From contig NC_058368.1 of the NCBI RefSeq assembly GCF_018350175.1, positions 7,688,001 through 7,752,000 on the forward strand: DNA of 64,000 nucleotides. Direction: 5' to 3'. This document shows positions 38,366 through 51,049 of the stretch, one piece after another. The stretch comes from Felis catus (lineage: Eukaryota). Below the pieces are notes generated by a model, which saw only the letters and a program-made list of their open reading frames with translations, was not told the origin of the DNA and did no database searches. A program made the position numbers and the translations under genes. The stretch's first letter is position 1. The number at the start of each line of letters is the position of its first letter.

Positions 38366-39145
38366 CCTCATACCTGTCAGAATGGTTAAAAAGAACAACT
38401 CAAGCAACAACAGATGTTGGCAAGGATGTGGAGATGTTGCACTGCTGGTGGGAATGCAAACTGGTGCAGCCACTCTGGAAAACAGTATGGAGGGTCCTCA
38501 AAAAGTTAAAAATAGAACTACCCTACGACCCAGCAATTGCACTACTAGGTATTTTTCCAAGGGATGTAGGTGTTCTGTTTCCAAGGGACACATGCACCCC
38601 AATGTTTATAGCAGCACTATCAGCGATAGCCAAGGTATGGAAAGAGCCCAAATGTCCATCGATGGATGAATGGATAAAGAAGATGTGGTATATATACAAT
38701 GGAATATTCCTCGGCAATCAAAAAGAATGACATCTTGCCATTTGCAGCAATGTGGGTGGAACTAGAATGTATTATGCTAGGCGAAAGTCGGGGACGGACA
38801 AATATATGATTTCACTCATGGGCTTTAAAAAGCAAAACAGATGAACATAGGGGAAGGGAAGCAAAAATAAGATAAAAACAGCAAGGGAGACAAACCATAA
38901 GAGATTCTTAAATACAGAGAACAAACTGAGGATTCCTGGAGGAGTGTTGGGTGGGGGGATGGGCGAAATGGATGAGGGGCATTAAGGAGGGCAACTGTTG
39001 GGATGAGCACTGGGTGTTAGATGTAAGTGATGAATCACTAAATTCTATTCCCCAAATCATTATTACACCATATGTTAACTAACCTGAATTGAAATGTTAA
39101 AAAATAAAAAATAAATAAATAAAAATTAAAAAAAAAAAAACCAAA
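38366..39145 (+). mobile_element. 5'-truncated carnivore L1 (ORF2 C-terminus, 3' UTR, polyA)
   Basis: [51 protein letters not shown] aaactgggtg(c/g)taaggaa at ~38348-38365 / 39146-39163. Confidence 0.93.
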
Positions 39146-39381
39146 AAACTGGGTGGTAAGGAAAAGGCTCCCTGAGGATATTTAAAATGAGACCTATAGG
39201 AGGATTTGCATAAAGTATGTGAGTTTAGAAAAGAGTCTGGTGGGTCAGGAAACTCAAATAAAGCCAGTGGGGGCTGCTCTGAGAAGAAATGAGGTCGAGA
39301 AGTATATCATAGCATTCAGGGCTTCGAAGGTCATGCCAAGGAGTTTTGGTTTATATTGATTCAGTGGGAAATGAATGAAGA

Positions 39382-39961
39382 TTTTTTTTTTCAACGTTTA
39401 TTTATTTTGGGGACAGAGAGAGACAGAGCATGAACGGGGGAGGGGCAGAGAGAGAGGGAGACACAGAATCGGAAACAGGCTCCAGGCTCTGAGCCCTCAG
39501 CCCAGAGCCCGACGCGGGGCTCGAACTCACGGACCGCGAGATCGTGACCTGGCTGAAGTCGGACGCTTAACCGACTGCGCCACCCAGGCGCCCCATGAAT
39601 GAAGATTTTAATGGGTGGTGGGGTGGACTGTGATTTGATCGGCTATTATATATATATATTTCCTCAGCTTTATTGAGATATAATTGACATATAACATTAT
39701 GTAAGCTTAAGGCATACAATGTGATTATTTTTTAGATTTTTAAAATTTATTTTTAACATTTATTCATTTTTGAGAGACAGAGAGAGACAGAGTGTGAGTC
39801 GGGGGAGGGGCTGAGAGACAGGGGAAACACAGAATCTGAAGCAGGATCCAGGCTCTGAGCTGTCAGCACAGATCCCAATGTAGGGCTTGAACTCATGAAC
39901 CGTGAGGTCATGACCTGAGCTGAAGTCAGACCCTCAACTGACTGAGCCACCCAGGGGCCCC
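39382..39961 (-). mobile_element. Two Can-SINEs (39382-39594 young; 39740-39961)
   Basis: The first has TSD atgaatgaagatttt. Confidence 0.9.
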
Positions 39962-39964
39962 ATA

Positions 39965-42066
39965 GATTTTTAACATTTAAATCCAGGTTAGTTAACATGT
40001 AGTGTAATAATGATTTCAGGAATAGAATTCAGTGATTCATCACTTACATCTAACACCCAGTGCTCATCCCAACAGTTGCCCTCCTTAATGCCCCTCATCC
40101 ATTTCGCCCATCCCCCCACCCAACACTCCTCCAGGAATCCTCAGTTTGTTCTCTGTATTTAAGAGTCTCTTATGGTTTGTCTCCCTTGCTGTTTTTATCT
40201 TATTTTTGCTTCCCTTCCCCTATGTTCATCTGTTTTGCTTTTTAAAGCCCATGAGTGAAATCATATGATATTTGTCTGTCTCGGACTGACTTATATTACT
40301 TAGCATAATATACTCTAGTTCCATCCACATTGTTGCAAAAGGCAAGATGTCATTCTTTTTGATTGCCGAGGAATACTCCATTGTATATGTATACCACATC
40401 TTCTTTATCCATTCATCCATCGATGGACATTTGGGTTCTTTCCATCCTTTGGCTATTGTCGATAGTGCTGTTATAAACATGGGGGTGCATGTGTCCCTTT
40501 GAAACAGCACACCTGTATCTCTTGGATAAATACCTAGTAGAGCAATTGCTGGGTCATAGGTTAGTTCTATTTTTAGTTTTTTGAAGAACCTCCATACTGT
40601 TTTCCAGACTGGCTGCATCAGTTTGCATTCCCAGCAGCAGTGCAAAAGGGTTCCTCCTTCTCCGCATCCTCACCAACATCTGTTGTTGCCTGAGTTATTC
40701 ATTTTAGCCATTCTGACAAGTTTGAGGTGGTATCTCATTGGGGTTTTGGTTTATATTTCCCTGATGATGAGTGATGTTGAGCATCTTTTCATGTGTCTGT
40801 TAGCCATTTGGATGTCTGCTTTGGAAAAGTGTCTATTCATGTCTTTTGCTCATTTCTCCACTGGATTATTTGTTTTTTTGGGTGTTGAGCTTGATAAGTT
40901 CTTTATAGATTTTAGACACTAACCCTTTATCTGATATGTCATTTGAGAATATCTTCTTCCATTCCATTGGCTGCCTTTTAGCTTTGCTGATTGTTTCCTT
41001 CATCATGCAGAAACTTTTTATCATGATGAGGTCCCAATAGTTTATTTTTGCTTTTGTTTCTATTGCCTCTGGAGACATGTCAAGTAAGAAGTTGCTGCGG
41101 CCGAGGTCAAAGGGGTTGTTGCCTGTTTTCTCCTCTAAGATTTTGATGGCTTCCTATTTTACGTTTAGGTCTTTCATCCATTTTGAGTTTATTTTTGGGT
41201 ATGGTGTAAGAAAGTGGTCCAGGTTCATTCTTCTGCAGGTCACTGTCCAGTTTTCCCAGCACCACTTGCTGAAGAGGCTGTCTTTATTCCATTGGATATT
41301 CTTTCCTGCTTTGTCAAAGATTAGTTGGCCATATGTTGGTGGGTCCATTTCTGGGTTCTCTATTCTGTTCCATTGATCTACGTATCTGTTTTTGTGCCAG
41401 TACCATACTGCCTTGATGATTACAGCTTTGTAATGCAGTTTGAAGTTTGGAATTGTGATGCCTCCAACTTTGGTTTTCTTTTTCAACATTACTTTGGCTA
41501 TTCGAGGTCTTTTTTGGTTCCATACAAATTTTAGAATTGTTTGTTCCAGCTCTATGAAGAATGCTGGTGTTATTTTGATAGGGATTGCGTTGAATATGTA
41601 GATTGCTTTGGGTGGTATCCACATTTTAACAATATTTGTTCTTCCAGTCCATGAGCATGGAATGTTTTTCCATTTTTTGTCTTCTCAATTTCTTTCATAA
41701 ACTTTCTATAGTTTTCAGTGTGTAGATTTTTCACGTCTTTGGTTAGGTTTATTCCCAGGTATTTTATTTTGTGTGTGTGTGCAATTATAAATGGGATTGA
41801 TTCCTTGATTTCTCTTTCTGCTGCTTCACTATTGGTGTATAGGAATGCAGTCGATTTCTGTGCATTGATTTTATATCCTGCGACTTTGCTGAATTCTGCC
41901 TCTATTGAGAGGATCGTATGGTTCTTATCCTTTCTTTTATTAATGTGATGTATCACATTGATTGATTTGTGGATATTGAACTGCCCCTGCATTTCAGGAA
42001 TAAATCCCACTTGATTGTAGTGAATAATTCTTTTAATGTATTATTGGATCTGGTTTGCTAGTATAT
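39965..42066 (-). mobile_element. Carnivore L1, ORF2 3' half + 3' UTR, 5'-truncated, with internal RT deletion
   Basis: ORF2 peptides [68 protein letters not shown] and HCCWECKL; frameshifted. Confidence 0.95.
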
Positions 42067-42277
42067 TTTTTAAAAAAATGTTTATTTATTTTTGAAAGAG
42101 AGGGGGGAAGGGGAAGAGAGAGAGAGGGGGACAGAAGATCTGAAGTGGGCTCTATGCCAACAGCAGACAACCTGTTGTGGGGCTTGAACTCATAAACCAG
42201 GCTTGAACTCGTGAACCGCAAGATCATGACCTGAGCTGAAGTCAGATGCTCAACCGACTGAGCCACCCAGGCACCCT
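42067..42277 (-). mobile_element. Can-SINE abutting the 5' end of the L1
   Basis: Reverse SINE with an internal duplication of ggcttgaactc and no individual TSD. Confidence 0.88.
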
Positions 42278-42743
42278 GGCGTACAACATGATGATTTAAT
42301 ACAAGGATATATGGTGAAGTGATTACCATAATAAGATTAACACATTCATCATCTCACATAATGACAGTTTTTGCATGTGTGGTGGGAACATTGAAGATCT
42401 ACTTTCTCAGCAGTTTTTAACTATGTGATATAGTTTTAACTGTAGTTACCACATTGAATATTAGATTCCCAGAACGTACTCAATTTATACCTGGAAGTTT
42501 ATACCCTTTGACAATATATATATTTAAAATGTTGATTGGCTGTTCTTTGGAAAATGGATTGCACAAGATAAAGTAGGAGGCTAACATAATCATGCAGGAG
42601 AAAAATGATGATCATATGAACAAGGGCCATGGGAGTGGAGGGGAAGAGAAGATGGTGAGTCTATTTTGAAGGTAGGGTAAAGGGAGTTTGGGAGGTAGGG
42701 TGCTCAGGATGACCTTCGGGTTTTTGGCTTAAGAAACTGGGTC

Positions 42744-42988
42744 TTTTTTTTTTTAATTCATTTTTTATTTTTTTAATGTTTATTTTTGAGAGAAAGAGGG
42801 AGAGAGAGAGAGACAAGAATGTGAGCAGGGGAGGGGCAGAGAGAGACACAGACACACAGAATCTGAAGCAGACTCCAGGCTCTGAGCTGTCACCACAGAG
42901 CCCGACATGGGGCTTGAAACCATGAATGGCGAGATCATGACCTGAGCTAAAGTCGGACGCTTAAGCGACTAAGCCACCCAGGCGCCCC
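42744..42988 (-). mobile_element. Can-SINE
   Basis: Reverse SINE; flanks aagaaactgggtcttt / aagtaactgggccttt resemble a TSD. Confidence 0.88.
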
Positions 42989-43547
42989 AAGTAACTGGGC
43001 CTTTAAAGATTCCCTTTCCCAAGATGGGAAAGACTGGCAGAGAAGTTTGGTAAAAACCTTGAGACTGCAGTTTTAGACATGGTACAGTTGAAATGTTTGT
43101 GAAAATTCAAGTGATAATGTCAGGTAAGCATCCACAAACAAGTCCGGAAGTCAGATGAGAAGTCTGGGTTGGAGACATAAATTTGAGAGTCGCCAGTCCA
43201 CAAATGGTATTTAAGTGATGAGTTGGCTGGGTGGGATCACCGAGGAATATTGTACAGGAGGAGGAGCAGAGAGGGCCCAGAACACATGATGCCCAAGTGT
43301 ATTTGTGTACTCGAAAAGAAACTAGGCTTCTAAATTTGGGGCTGTAGCCGTGAGCAGGCTTCTCTTTCCGTTGGTTCATTATTTCACTTACTCATTTATT
43401 TTGCTATGTATACCTGTATCCACCTTCTAAATAAACCCTACACCCTAGGTCCTGGGGTATTATTTTTCCCTTGCCGTCAGAGCCAAAGGGAGGATCCAGG
43501 TTTGGCAGGGAGAGGGGGGATTTGAATCATATATAATTTGGGGAACC

Positions 43548-44040
43548 TTTTTTTTTTTAATGCTTATTTGTTTTGAGAGAGAGAGACAGAGCCTGAGACG
43601 GGGGAGGAGCAGAGAGAGAGGGAGATGCAGAATCCGAAGCAGGCTCCAGGCTCTGAGCTGTCAGCACAGAGCCCGATGCGGGGCTCGAACCCGTGAACCC
43701 GGAGATCATGACTTGAGCCGAAGTCAGATACTTAACTGACTGAGCCACCCAGGCGTCCCTAGAGAACCTTCTTTTTTTAAAAAAAGAATGCAGCAGGGGC
43801 GCCTGGGTGGCTCAGTCTGTTAAGTATCTGACTTTGGTTCAGATCATGATCTCATGGTTTGTGAATTTGAGCCCCACATCGGGCCCTGTGCCGACAGCTC
43901 AGAGCCCGGAGCCTGCTTCGGATTCTGTGTCTCCCTCTCTCTCTGCCCCTTCCCCTACTCACACTCTGTCTCTCTCTCTCTCTCTCTCTGTTTCTCTCTC
44001 AAAAATAAACATTTTTAAAAATTAAAAAAAAATAAAAAAG
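43548..44040. mobile_element. Head-to-head inverted SINE pair (- 43548-43759; + 43797-44040)
   Basis: Two SINE bodies in opposite orientation, under 40 bp apart. Confidence 0.9.
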
Positions 44041-44129
44041 AATGTGCAACATTATAAACATACAATTAGACACAAAAGTAAATATTTATTTAGAATTGGA
44101 AAAGATAGAACTATTACAAATTTTTACGT

Positions 44130-45200
44130 GTTTTTAAAATTCCAGGATAATTAACGTGTGATGTGATATTAGTTGCAGGGGTACAATATGGCGATTCAAC
44201 AATTCTATACACTGCTCCGTGCTCATCACGGTAATTGTACTCTTAATCTCTTTTACCTACTTTACCCATCCCTCCCCACCTCCCTCCTGGTAACCACTTT
44301 ATTCTCTATATTTAAGTCTGGTTTTGTTTTTGTCTTTTTTTTCTTTGTTTCTTAAGTTTCACATACATTCGAAATAATACGGTGTTTGTCTTTCTCTAAC
44401 TTATTTCCCTCAGCATTATACTTTCTAGATCCATCTATGCTGTCACAAACGGCAAGATTTTATTCCTTTTTTTTTTTTTAATTTTTTTTTCAACGGTTTT
44501 TATTTTATTTTTGGGACAGAGAGAGACAGAGCATGAACGGGGGAGGGGCAGAGAGAGAGGGAGACACAGAATCGGAAACAGGCTCCAGGCTCCGAGCCAT
44601 CAGCCCAGGGCCAGACGTGGGGCTCGAACTCACAGACCGCGAGATCGTGACCTGGCTGAAGTCGGACGCTTAACCGACTGCGCCACCCAGGTTCCCCTAG
44701 ATTTTATTCCTTTTTATGGCTGCGTAATGTATATACATGCCCCCTATTCCTTATCCCTTCATCTATGCATATGGACCCTGGGCTGCTTCCATATCTTGGC
44801 TATTGTCGATAATAAGTGCAATGACTACAGGACGTATATATCTTTTCAAATTAGTGTTTTCATTTTCTTTGGGTAAATGCCCAGTAGTGATATTACTGGG
44901 TCGTATGGTCATTCTGGTTTTGGTTTTCCTGAAGGACCTCCATACCGTTTTCCGCAGTGGCTGCACCAGTTTGCATTCCCACCGACATTGGTTCCTTTTT
45001 CTCTACATCCTCTCCAACACTTGCTCCTTGTGTTTTTAATTTGAGCCATTCTGGCAGATGTGAGGTGGTATCTTTTGTGGTTTTGATTTGGATTTCCCTG
45101 ATGATGAGTGATGTCGAGCATCTTTTCATGTGTCCCGTGGCCATCTGTATGTCTTCTTTGGAGAAATGTCCGCTCGTGTCTTCTGCCCATTTCTTTCTTT
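44130..45200 (-). mobile_element. Carnivore L1 3' fragment with a young SINE (44467-44697) inserted
   Basis: ORF2 C-terminal remnants [19 protein letters not shown] and QPLRKTVWR. Two more minus-strand SINEs follow at 45205-45580. Confidence 0.87.
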
Positions 45201-47069
45201 TTTAAATGTACTTTAACATTTAAAAAAATATTTATTTTGGGGAGAGGGCGGGGGAAGGGCAGAGAGAGAGGAAGACAGAGGATCCAAAGCAGGACCTGAA
45301 CCCACACATCTCGAGATCATGACCTGAGCTGAAGTTGGATGCTTAAATGACTGAGCCACTCAGGTGCCCCATTATTTTTCTTTTAATGTTTATTTATTAT
45401 TTATTGTGAGAGAGAGAGCACGAGCAGGGGAGGGCAGAGAGAGAGGGAGAGAATCCCAAGCAGGCTTCACGCTCCGCTCGGAGCCTGGCGTGGGGTTCAG
45501 TTTCTCGACCGTGAGATCATGACCTGAGCTGAAATCAAGAGTCAGATGCTTAACTCACTGAGCCACCCAAGCGTCCTGGGAATTACAGATTTTTAGAAGC
45601 TGACAAATACCAGAGATGTCACTAAATTGAGATAAATAATTTTATTTCTACATTTAAGCTATTTTAATTAGTTAAATAATTATTACCTGGCTGACATACC
45701 TGTAAATCACTTTTTCCTACCTTTTCTGGCTGCCTAATGTTTTGTTGCCTCTTTTATATCATTGTTTTTAGAAATCATATTCTCTAGAGAGAACAGAAAG
45801 GTAATTGAGTCTTTATAATGGTGGCCAATCAAAATTCTTTTGTTATTAATAGTTGAAAATTTCTGCAACACCATTCATGATTGGTTCCGCAACGACAATT
45901 TTCAGAACGGCTGTCAAACCTGGGAAACTCCTAATCAAACTTCTTTCACATGTAAGTGGCAAGATTTCAGGGCCATTTCACTGCCTTGGTGCCAGCTCGG
46001 CATGCCGTCTTGTCCAGAACCGCCAGAATTTGCCAGGACAAGAGGTGTTAGATATGCCAAGACTCAATCCAATCATGGAAGCATAAAATACAACTTCACA
46101 CAAAGGCACATTTGCAGTTTGTAATGCTGCTACAGGCTTTGCCCCACAAACACAGGGGTTCTGACAAATTCTAGGTTGTGACATTCCCATCTTTTTTGTT
46201 TTTTGAAAGGGATGGTTCGTTTATACTTGTACGCATTGCATGACCGAACACGTTCTTGACAGGCGAGGACTTCCATTTGAAGTAAGGTGTTGATGAGGGC
46301 CAGAGCCTCCAGCTTACAATTTCATATGTTCCCAGTTGGAAGAATTGACTGGAAGAATTTTCTACAGAGAGGGCTACGGGCTTGGCTTTAGTCCTAGATC
46401 TTTGTGTTATGGTTCACGGTGGGTAGGCATTGAGAGGGAGGAGTGCTCTGGGAAGCCATTCCTATAATCTGGATGACTCTCCATGACTTACCTATACATA
46501 GGAGTGACCATGAATCCCATGACTATTCCATTAAACCCAAGCTAAGTAACTGTATCCCAAACATAACACAACACAAGGGGAAGTCTGAGCGGAAGGAAAT
46601 GAGTTTTAACTAGCTACGGTTAAAATATATTACTTTCGAAAATCTTACAAACAGATATGCCCACGAGAACACGTTGCTAGGGCCCCTCCCAAGGCCTTTA
46701 CAGGGCCACATGCACCTCCAGCTTCATCAGAGTAGATTGACCTCTAGTTATTAAACCTTCAAATACAGAGCTATCAACAACTGCTCGCACCTGGATACTT
46801 ATCCCTTTCCTTGCAGGCTGAACACTTCTCACACCCTCCTGTAAGTTAGCACTGGGGGGTTAATCTCAAGGTGATGGTTTGAGTTGCTGCTCCGGGGGGA
46901 GCCATTGGCTAGTATTCCTTCCTTTCTCTCTCACCCCCCCTCCCCCAAAGCCCCGCCCCACTCTTTTTTTTCTTTCTCCTTCCCTCCCTTCCTTTCTCCC
47001 GTCTTCTCTTTCCTCTTCCTCTCGCCTTCTTCTTTATATATGTGGACTGAGAACCATTTTTCTCTTTCT

Positions 47070-47264
47070 AAAAAAATTTTTAATGTTTATTTTTGAGAGA
47101 GAGCAGGAGAGGGGCAGAGAGAGACCGAGACACAGAATCCGAAGCAGGCTCCGGGCTCTGAGCACTCAGCATGGAGCCTGACGCGGGACTTGAACTCACC
47201 AACCAGGAGATCGTGACCCGAGCTGAAGTTGGACACGTGACCAACTCAGCCACCCAGGCGCCCC
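47070..47264 (-). mobile_element. Can-SINE
   Basis: Reverse SINE body. Confidence 0.85.
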
Positions 47265-48179
47265 ATTTTTGCTCTTGAGTATAGGCTTTTCTCCTACAAA
47301 CCTTGATTTTTATTTTATTTTATTACTTTTTTAATTTTATTATTTTTTTAAATTTTATTATTTATTTGTTTTTTACAAACCTTCGTTTTTAACAGTTGCC
47401 TTTCATTAGTGGTACCGAATTATAGAATCACAGTAAGTATTTGCTTTTCGCCTTAGTATAATTACTAAGTGTATATAATCCTATTACAGTTATGTGGTGA
47501 GACAACAGTTCTAGCTGCATGCCTTAGCTTTTAAGAAAATATCTGAGCCTACAAATGTAGCCAAATGTCTTGTATGTGACTATCAAAATTGACAGCTTCT
47601 AAGAAACTCACCTTACACATCTGATTAATTCAAATCCAAGGGGAAATAACCTACAAGTAACTATTCCTCTAATAGCAGTTACCACGACTATGTCTCTACT
47701 TTGGTGATCCTTTTCCTTTGAAAACTCTGATCTAATTCTAATTTGGCTTTTTAGCATGTAAATAACTTAAGTGAGGGATTGCACATTTATGTAATAGGCT
47801 CCACTTTCCTTAAATACACTGTGAATATGTGGCCTAAACAAAAATTACCTAATTATATACCTGTCCAGGGGATAGTTGGGAGAGTACAGAGAAGGGAAAG
47901 TAGAACTAGGTGGGAGGGGTACATTCGGGGAAAAGGACTAACAACATTCATTCTACCGGAAGTATTGAAAAAATAGCTCTTAACTTTAGACGGTCTAGAC
48001 CTAGGTTGAAATATGGCTGTCTTCACTTAGCGGTATGATCTTAGCTGATTTACTTAATCTTTCTTAGCTTCATTTTCTTTTGAAAACGGGGGCAATAACA
48101 TTTGAGAAAATTCCTGGTGAACTTGATGGGCTAGCAGTACAAAATCATCATAAATACTTCCAAATTTTATTATCATCAT

Positions 48180-48181
<2 letters not shown>

Positions 48182-48211
<30 letters not shown>
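48182..48211. repeat. (CA)n microsatellite
   Basis: Perfect AC repeat of ~15 units. Confidence 0.9.
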
Positions 48212-48213
<2 letters not shown>

Positions 48214-48993
48214 CTTTTTTAATCTTAGTGTTAATTTTTTTATCAAAGTTATCCATTCATACTATTTAAAGCTTTTTATTAAAAAAAAAAAAAAACAGTT
48301 CAAAATCCGGAAGGTATGCCCACCGTGCTGTCATGCTATCTTCCCCTCACTATTCAATGTTAGAATTTCTTTCTCTCTTTATTTCAATTGAGTTTCATTT
48401 TCTGGATCTCATTTCGCTCTTTTGCTTACTGGGTTCCAGCAATTGTTTAAGGTTTGGACACAATTATTATATATACATTCTCCTAAACTTTGTTTATTTT
48501 TTATATCCCATTTGGACTTTATTTTTATACACTGGATCCTTCCACTGTTTTCATATCCTGTTTTGTTTTCTAAAATAGAAATATATCACAGCAACATTTA
48601 TTTTTAAAAATTCCTTTTCTCACAGAACTAAAACAATACCTTTGCCACAGATTATGTTTCATGAAACTTGGATCTCTGTTTCTTCTACTATTTAGTCATG
48701 TGTTCCTATCCCAGTACTGTACTCTTGTAATTATAGGAGCTTTATAACAAAGTTTTACTATCTGACGAAGCAGGTCTTCCCTCGTTTCCATATTTATTTA
48801 TTCTTAGGGCTATTAAATTATTTGCTTCAGGTACCACACAAAAATAAATATTACAAACAACCGAGCTAAAAAAAAACCCAACACCCCATTCTCTTGTAGG
48901 GATTTCGATTTATGTATATAATTTTGTAGGATGTAGAGTTTCCTCACTACTATATGTAGAGATATCTTTTCTTTTTTAAAAATTATTCTTTTT

Positions 48994-51020
48994 GGGGCAC
49001 CTGGGTGGCTCAGGCGGTTGGGCGACCGACTTCGGCTCAGGTCATGATCTTGCGGTCCGTGAGTTCGAGCCCCACGTCAGGCTCTGTGCTGACAGCTCAG
49101 AGCCTGGAGCCTGTTTCAGATTCTGTGTCTCCCTCTCTCTCTGACCCTCCCCCGTTCATGCTCTGTCTCTCTCTGTCTCAAAAATAAATAAACGTAAAAA
49201 AAAATTATTATTTTTTTAAGTAATCTCTACACCCAACCTGGGGCTCCAAATTGCGACCCTGAGATTAAGAGTAACGTGGTCTACCAACTGAGCCAGCCAG
49301 GCGCCCCTACAGATATCTTCTCTAGTTCCATTTCTAATTGGTTCTTAAGGCATAAAAGTTATTTATTTATATATAATTATCTAATATTCAGCCACCTTAG
49401 ACTTTTTCCTTAATGTATATTGGTATTTGACACACAGCAGTGCTGTCCAACAGAAATATAATGCAAGCCAACACACAAAATTTAAAATTTTCTACTAGCC
49501 ATGTTTTACAAAAGTAAAAAGAAAACAGGTGAAAACTATTTTAATATTATATTTTATTTCGCCCAATACATTTAAAACATTATCATTCCAACATGGAATA
49601 TACAAAATTATTAATGAGATAGCGGATACTTTTGTTTGCTTAAACCAAGTCTTTAAAATCCCTTATCTGTCTTATCCTTGCAGCACAGCTGAGCCACCCA
49701 GGTGCCCTGATTTATTATTCTTTTACATTCAACTTGCTTATATTTCAAATTATTTTAAATTGTTACTGATTCAGGGGCGCCTGGGTGGCGCAGTCGGTTA
49801 AGCGTCCGACTTCAGCCAGGTCACGATCTCGCGGTCCGTGAGTTCGAGCCCCGCATCAGGCTCTGGGCTGATGGCTCAGAGCCTGGAGCCTGTTTCCGAT
49901 TCTGTGTCTCCCTCTCTCTCTGCCCCTCCCCTGTTCATGCTCTGTCTCTCTCTGTCCCAAAAATAAATAAACATTGAAAAAAAATTTTTAAATAAATTGT
50001 TACTGATTCAGTTTGCAAATATTTTATTTAGCCTATTTATGTTCATATTCCTTAGTGAAATTAGCCAGTGGATTTATTTATTTTGGCAATATCTTTACAA
50101 GGTTTGGGTCGTATGGGGCACCTGGCTGGCTCAGTTGGTAGAGCACGTGACTGTTGATCTCAGGATCATGAGTTTAAGCCCCACACTGGGCATGGTGCCT
50201 ACTTAATCGGAAAGAACAACAACAACAACAACAACAACAACAAAACAAGGTTTGGGTAGTAAGTTTATCTTCGTTTCAAAAAGTGAAAACATTCTTTTTC
50301 TAGCCTCAAGAATAGTCCTTGAGAATTTCCTGTTTTTGGAAGTATACGTAAAATTCAGATGCAAAGCTATTTGGATTTGGCATGTATTTTAAAAGTTACA
50401 TTTCCAATTCATGTTTTAGTTCTATTGATCTTCTGGGTTTTCAACCTCTTCTCGGGTCCATCTGAAAATTTCCATTTTGCCGAGAAAGCATCCATTTCCT
50501 CTAGATCTTGAATTTCACTGTCATAGCATTGCAAACAACGTTCCTTTAAAAATACCATCGGAATTTCCAAAAAAGGGAAATCCGCAGAAAATCTGCAGAG
50601 GAAGAAAGTACAAAAGTGTTTGTTAAAGGCTGGGGTGGACACAGGGGAATGAACACTAAAGGGCATGTGGTTTCACTTTGAGGTGATGGAAATCTCTAAA
50701 ATTGTGGTGATGAAGCACGAAAACTGTGAATACACTAAAAACCACTGAATTGTACACCCGCAATGGGTGAATTGTGTGATATGTGAATTATAACTCAATA
50801 CAGATGTTTAAATTTAGAGGGCACCTGGGTGGCTCAGTTGGTGAAGTGTCTTGACTCCTGGTTTCGGCTCAGGTCATGATTTCACGGTTTGTGAGATCGA
50901 GCCCCACATTGGGCTCCTCACTGATGATGCAGAGCCTGCTTGGGATTCTCGGTCTTCTTCTCTCTCTGACCCTCCCCATCCCCTACCCTCTCAAAAATAA
51001 ATATATATTAAAAAAAAAAG
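48994..51020. mobile_element. Can-SINEs (+ 48994-49205; - 49210-49307; + 49774-49990; + 50115-50245 with (AAC)n tail; + 50818-51020)
   Basis: SINE heads and tails. The 49774 copy is flanked by a repeated aaattgttactgattcag. Confidence 0.85.
49438..49690. mobile_element. MER33-like hAT-Charlie MITE (partial)
   Basis: cagtgctgtccaacagaaatataatgcaagcca..aatttaaaattttcta.tagcca..aaaagtaaaaagaaaacaggtgaaa. Confidence 0.75.
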
Positions 51021-51049
51021 ATGTTTAAATTTAGGAAAACATACTTTTA

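Larger units (their letters stand above)
43490..46746. mobile_element. Long MER53/OldhAT1-like hAT DNA transposon, interrupted by SINEs and an L1 fragment
   Basis: Left end ggatccaggttt..tataatttgggg..aaagaat..aaatatttatttagaat; internal aagctgacaaatacca; right end gggcccctcccaaggcctt..agcttcat..cctct. These are recalled as MER53/OldhAT1 motifs. Confidence 0.65.

Noticed and set aside
40226..42010. L1 ORF2 fragments as an active retrotransposon
   Set aside because: 5'-truncated, frameshifted and missing the RT catalytic core.
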